Below are positions 59,745 through 64,000 of a stretch of 64,000 nucleotides of DNA, one piece after another; position 1 is the stretch's first letter; every line of letters starts with the position of its first letter. A program made the position numbers and the translations under genes. Source of the DNA: Anthoceros angustus (Eukaryota; Plantae; Anthocerotophyta); contig MU008154.1 of the NCBI GenBank assembly GCA_010909165.1, forward strand, positions 372,001-436,000. The letters are read 5' to 3'. Under the pieces are notes generated by a model that saw only the letters and a list, made by a program, of their open reading frames with translations, was not told where the DNA came from and made no database searches.

Positions 59745-60689
59745 ACACTGCGATGTGGTAGTTTTCTAGGACTTTCCTGGTGGGATGCGTGAAAACGACC
59801 ACCTTATGAAGACTCTGAGTTGAGGGAACCACTAGACTTGGCACCATTACTTAGCGGAAAGTTGCAAGCGCATCTGTCGCGACTTGCTCCAGTCGGGGCA
59901 CGCTGTCAAGCCTGCCCCTGCCAGCTCTGTCACACACACTTACTTTGCCCTCGCTCTGTGTCGTCCATAGCTTCTTTACCTCCGACGAGTTTGCTGCAAG
60001 TGATAGCAACTATGGCGCCCTGGGGGGCAAGTTGGGAGTCATGATTGCCGGCCTAGGCCTCTGCTGGCCGCGATACCGGCAACAGCGATGGCCGATCAGG
60101 CTCAGTGCTAGTGCGCGATGCTGGAAGCCGCTATAGTGTTTGAATCTGGCGGAGGTTGATTCGACATGTGGAGATCGCAAGCAGGCAGTCCCTCCGCATG
60201 CCCAGAGTAGGCAACTGGGTTCGATTAGAATGTGCCAACTTCAGCTAGAGTTGTATTGTCTGCACTCAGTGAATTCGCTGAATGGGGTTGAATTTTGGTT
60301 TGATTCAGATGATTTTTCGAGCTCGTCAGATTACCTAGACGTGTATACCAGGCTGTTTGTCTTGTGCACAGGGTTCTATTGTTGGTGTGTGTCATCTTTA
60401 TGGTTTAGTCCAACTTTATGGCTTGGATGATTGTCTTCCAAGCAATTATTCATGGGTTGAAATCAAGGAATAGCTCTTGGCGTGAGTGTATGTAAAATAA
60501 GCTCTTAGGTTGCATACACCGCCATAAAAATTGTCCAGTTTTGATTTTATGTCGTATGAATTATGTCGTATAAATTATAATATATATTTTTTATCTTATA
60601 AACTGTCATGTAAATCCGTTGTAAATTAGTTTATCATTATACAAATATTATAAAAACATATTATTCAAATGACTCTTTTTTAAGTTCTT

Positions 60690-60990
60690 GCAACATAAAA
60701 CAAAAACCCATCATTTAAACAAATCCCGTAGTTTTCCCATAGTGCATTTGAGGCACTCAATTCATACTTGATTAGTATTACTAATAGAATTTCCAAGAAA
60801 GTGACTATGGCCGAACTGGAATTTATGGTGACAAGCCATGGTTGAGGGCAAAAGAGACACTTACTATACAAGTGGGCTCATAGATTGTCTTCATACATAT
60901 ACTCTTGTAGAAGAATTAGTAATTTCGCAAGTGAAACCACTTTTTCGTAATTTTTTCGTAATGCAGTATTAAACATTAGATCGATCTAAC
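60690..60990 (-). pseudogene. Degenerate receptor-like kinase fragment, paralogous to 62741-63025
   Basis: Aligns by eye with 62741-63025 (AATTTATGGTGACAAGCCATGG..CACTTACTATA.AAGTGGGCTC..TACTCTTGTAGAAGA), with deletions. Confidence 0.6.
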
Positions 60991-61011
60991 GACATGTTTT
61001 TTCGGTTCTTG

Positions 61012-61797
61012 CACTACTAGAGGAGGGTAACTTCAAAGGGGGTGTTTTTGAGTTTTGACAAGCACAACGGTCTAACAATGTCCAAACTCCCCCTTTTAAA
61101 ACTTTTCTTAGTTCGCTCATGTGGGCACCTTTTACAACAGGGCTTGTTGAACATTGTGAACTGCGTTGTAAATTACGTGAGATATACTTATTGATTTATG
61201 TTACTGAATGTGATTACTAATTAAGATAAGTATGTTTAGTATCCCTTATTATGATGTGGCATATTCATTGTGCATGTCATTGTAAAATAAGAAGTTATAT
61301 TACTTTTATGTGATTTACATTGATTACAAATAATTTTTATTGTAAACTTGTTGACGTGACCTGTTCATTGTAAATGATGTTGTAAATTACTAAAATGAAA
61401 ATTCATTTTTAGATTTATATTTTCTATGAACTTATCAATATTTAAAAATTATATTTGAGTTATATTAATTAAAAAGTATTTTTAATTGTGAACTTGCTTA
61501 TGCGGCATGTTCATGTAAATCAATAAAATATATGTTTTATTATAAAATTACTGATGTGGCATGTTCATTTTAAATGGTGTTGAAAAACCATTAAAAATTA
61601 ATATATTTTAATTTATATTTTTACTCAAATAATCATCTTAAAACATTATATCTAAATTATAATGATTGAAATAATGATCATTGGGCACTTGCTGACGTGT
61701 CCTAGTCATTGTAAACGATGTTGTAAAATAGTTTTAAAAATATTTTTTAGTTAAATATTCTCTGAAATTTAGGTTTTAAAAAGTGTTATCCGTAGTG
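61012..61797. mobile_element. AT-rich non-autonomous DNA-transposon-like element (CACTAC..GTAGTG ends) with five spaced internal repeats
   Basis: Terminal CACTAC/GTAGTG and internal TGACGTGGCATGTTCATTGTAAA-like repeats; no matching TSD. Confidence 0.4.
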
Positions 61798-62740
61798 AAT
61801 GTTGTTGCAAGTAGTTAGTTCGTTTTCACTGCTTAGGGATTATCTATGAAGGGAAATATGAAGATTTGGCTCATTTCAGGGACACAACATTCGAGTCTTG
61901 ATGATGTTGTATAGGCCTGAGATGGTTTCGATTTGATCAGGGTCTGGATCGGCTTACAACGAATCATTGTTGCTTTTGCGTTTGCGACTCAAGACATCGG
62001 CATATTTCAATCTCATGCCTTCAATCAAGTTGGGTGCAGTTGGAGTGCGCATCGTTTTGAGCAGCAGATCACTCACTCCACCACGATCACGTCAGTCTCT
62101 TCTTACGGAAGAAAGGAAACCAAGGCACTTACTTTTGGATCCCAAATATAGACAAATTTGTAGCCATCCCCTATGCCCTCATCCAGGTAGACACGTCTAC
62201 TGCATTGTCATTGCTGAAAATGTGGGAAGCTGCCGAAGTCAAGCTACTCTCAATTACTCAAGGAGGACTCCCGGGCTGTGTGGACCAGTAATCCCCCAAG
62301 GCTCACTCTTCTAGGTACCTTCCAGATGAGGTTCTGGCTATCTCTAGTTCAGAGGTAGGTTTTTGCTGCATGAATACCATGACCTCCTTAGGAAAAGGAA
62401 CGTGAGGAATGAAAACTTGGAGGCAAACCAGAGTAGGGGCGAGAGAAGCAGATCCTTCCCATCTTACGAAGAAATCAACTTGGTTCTCAACTCGTAGAAA
62501 AATAGGTACCGGCTTCTAAGATTGACACAACTGGGATCAGCGTCCACTTCCTTCCGCACCCTGAGACATACGTGCTAGTCTTTGGTATACTGTAACAATG
62601 GCTAACACATAGGTAAAGTTGAAAACGAGTATTACCTTTGGTTGAAACAACTTGGCAAGCTGATGTTGACTGCATCCAGGGTATTGAGATTCGAGCTGGC
62701 CAAAAAGGAAGATCAATCTTAGAACCAACGGCAACTTTCT

Positions 62741-63025
62741 GCAATATAAAACAAAAATTGATCCTTTAAACAAGTCAATTGGACATACTTTTTCCCGTAT
62801 TGTATTTGAGGCACTAAGTCGAGGCTTGATTAGTGTTTCTAATAGAATTTATGGTGACAAGCCATGGTCGAGGACAAAAGAGGCACTTACTATATAAGTG
62901 GGCTCGTAGATCGCCTTCACCCATGTACTCTTGTAGAAGAATTGGTAATTTCGCTTCCTCACAATACCCAATAAGTGAAACCAATTTCTTGTACTGCAAT
63001 ATTAAGACATGAGATTGATCTACTA
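62741..63025 (-). pseudogene. Receptor-like kinase pseudogene fragment (subdomains IV-V exon and flanking intron)
   Basis: KKLVSLIGYCEEAKLPILLQEYMGEGDLRAHLY then a GTAAGT donor. The next exon (WPARIS.. near 62700) is frameshifted. No intact kinase found. Confidence 0.7.
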
Positions 63026-63063
63026 AACAAAGACAAATAACTCGTCAGGCTAAGCCTACACAG

Positions 63064-63235
63064 AATCCTGCAGGGAATATCTACTCCTTCATCCTGAATG
63101 CAAAGTTTCTTCAAGCAAATAAGGCTTGTGAGTTTGAGGATGCCTGCAACATGTACAAATCCCTGAAATAAGTCCTGCTAGGAATGTCTACTCCTTCATC
63201 TTGAAAGAAATGTTTATTGAGGATGCCTGCAACAT
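63064..63235. repeat. Two diverged direct repeats
   Basis: TCCTGC..GGAAT.TCTACTCCTTCATC.TGAA ... TTGAGGATGCCTGCAACAT occurs twice. Confidence 0.8.
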
Positions 63236-64000
63236 CCAACAAGAGTGCAGTTCATTCAGAGAGATTCTAGCATAGTAGCATTTCCAAGCTCTCTTACGAT
63301 GCTCTTGCTCTTGCCCGACTGCGCATGTAGCCATGGACGCACGTGTCGGCAATGGCCACCAACTGACACTCTTCACCGCGGTCTTTCTTTCTACGGGATA
63401 GAGGGCCACATGATCCCTTCCTCTTCTACCCTATTATCTCTACCGCAGCTAGTTGGGACTGCTAGCCACAGGTGAGGCTGCTCGGCAGGGCAGCACAGAG
63501 AGAAGAGGTGCGGATCCCACGTCGGTCTTCCTAGAGGCACAAGTACCAATCTGTTGCACCACTTGCTATGTGCAGGCCCGCGGTGCTGCATTGCGTTGCA
63601 TGAAGATCGGCTGCTACAGTGGACAAAACGAACGTGACGAGCGTGGTATACTCGGAGCAAGGGGTCCATTACTCGCATGGAGTTGGTTCTGTCCGTACCT
63701 TCGGCAGATGGACTGTGTGACTGTGGTACCCATACGACATGATCTCAATGCCTATCTGAAGCCTATGTTTGGCAAGCCATGCTGAGATGAAGTGTGGGCA
63801 TTCTTGAAGGTTTTGAACAATATGACTGCGGCAAACGCTGTCGCCTCAAGACCAAGGGACTATGCCGTGGAGAGTATACTATCTTGGCCCCCCAATCACT
63901 TGCCCATGGATGCTCGACGGCAGGCTCGGGATTCCGGATACAGAGGTTGGCAGTACTTTGAGATCCTTTCCAAAGTACACCTTTGTATCAGGACATAAAG

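Noticed and set aside
61252-61728. CRISPR-like repeat-spacer array
   Set aside because: Repeats are degenerate, spacer lengths vary several-fold and spacers are low-complexity AT sequence.
63245-64000. Gene at the right edge
   Set aside because: Short ORFs with no motif I recognise; needs downstream sequence and a homology search.

Overview
Eukaryotic nuclear DNA from a gene-dense land plant with short (mostly 60-120 nt) introns. This is most consistent with a compact seed-free plant genome such as Selaginella (inference). I can support 14 protein-coding genes: DUF179/AlgH-like protein, Zn-CDF transporter MTP1-like, G-protein beta subunit, soluble pyrophosphatase, NUP50b-like RanBD protein, site-1 protease SBT6.1, MYG1, PRP28/RH21 helicase, a TPR protein, UBA-rhomboid RBL20, U11/U12-59K, RMA/RNF5 E3 ligase, a mitochondrial-carrier protein and a BBX18/19-like double B-box factor. 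A full-length Ty3/gypsy chromovirus (9972-21858, TSD TATGC) sits inside an AT-rich repeat region that may be a CACTA derivative. There are also MITE-like elements, a 24-bp minisatellite, a 132-nt hairpin and receptor-kinase pseudogene fragments. Several 0.8-1.5 kb loop-back tandem duplications have microhomology junctions and indel-dominated differences; they are most likely long-read consensus artefacts. The best biological leads are post-transcriptional: a 43-codon uORF ending in Pro-stop plus an in-frame GC-AG exitron in the BBX gene, a U12-type intron in the pyrophosphatase gene, a complex uORF leader on the TPR gene, and alternative starts in MYG1. I found no CRISPR array, prokaryote-type system or clearly novel multi-gene system. 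Exon boundaries were read by eye and family calls rest on recalled motifs, not database searches.
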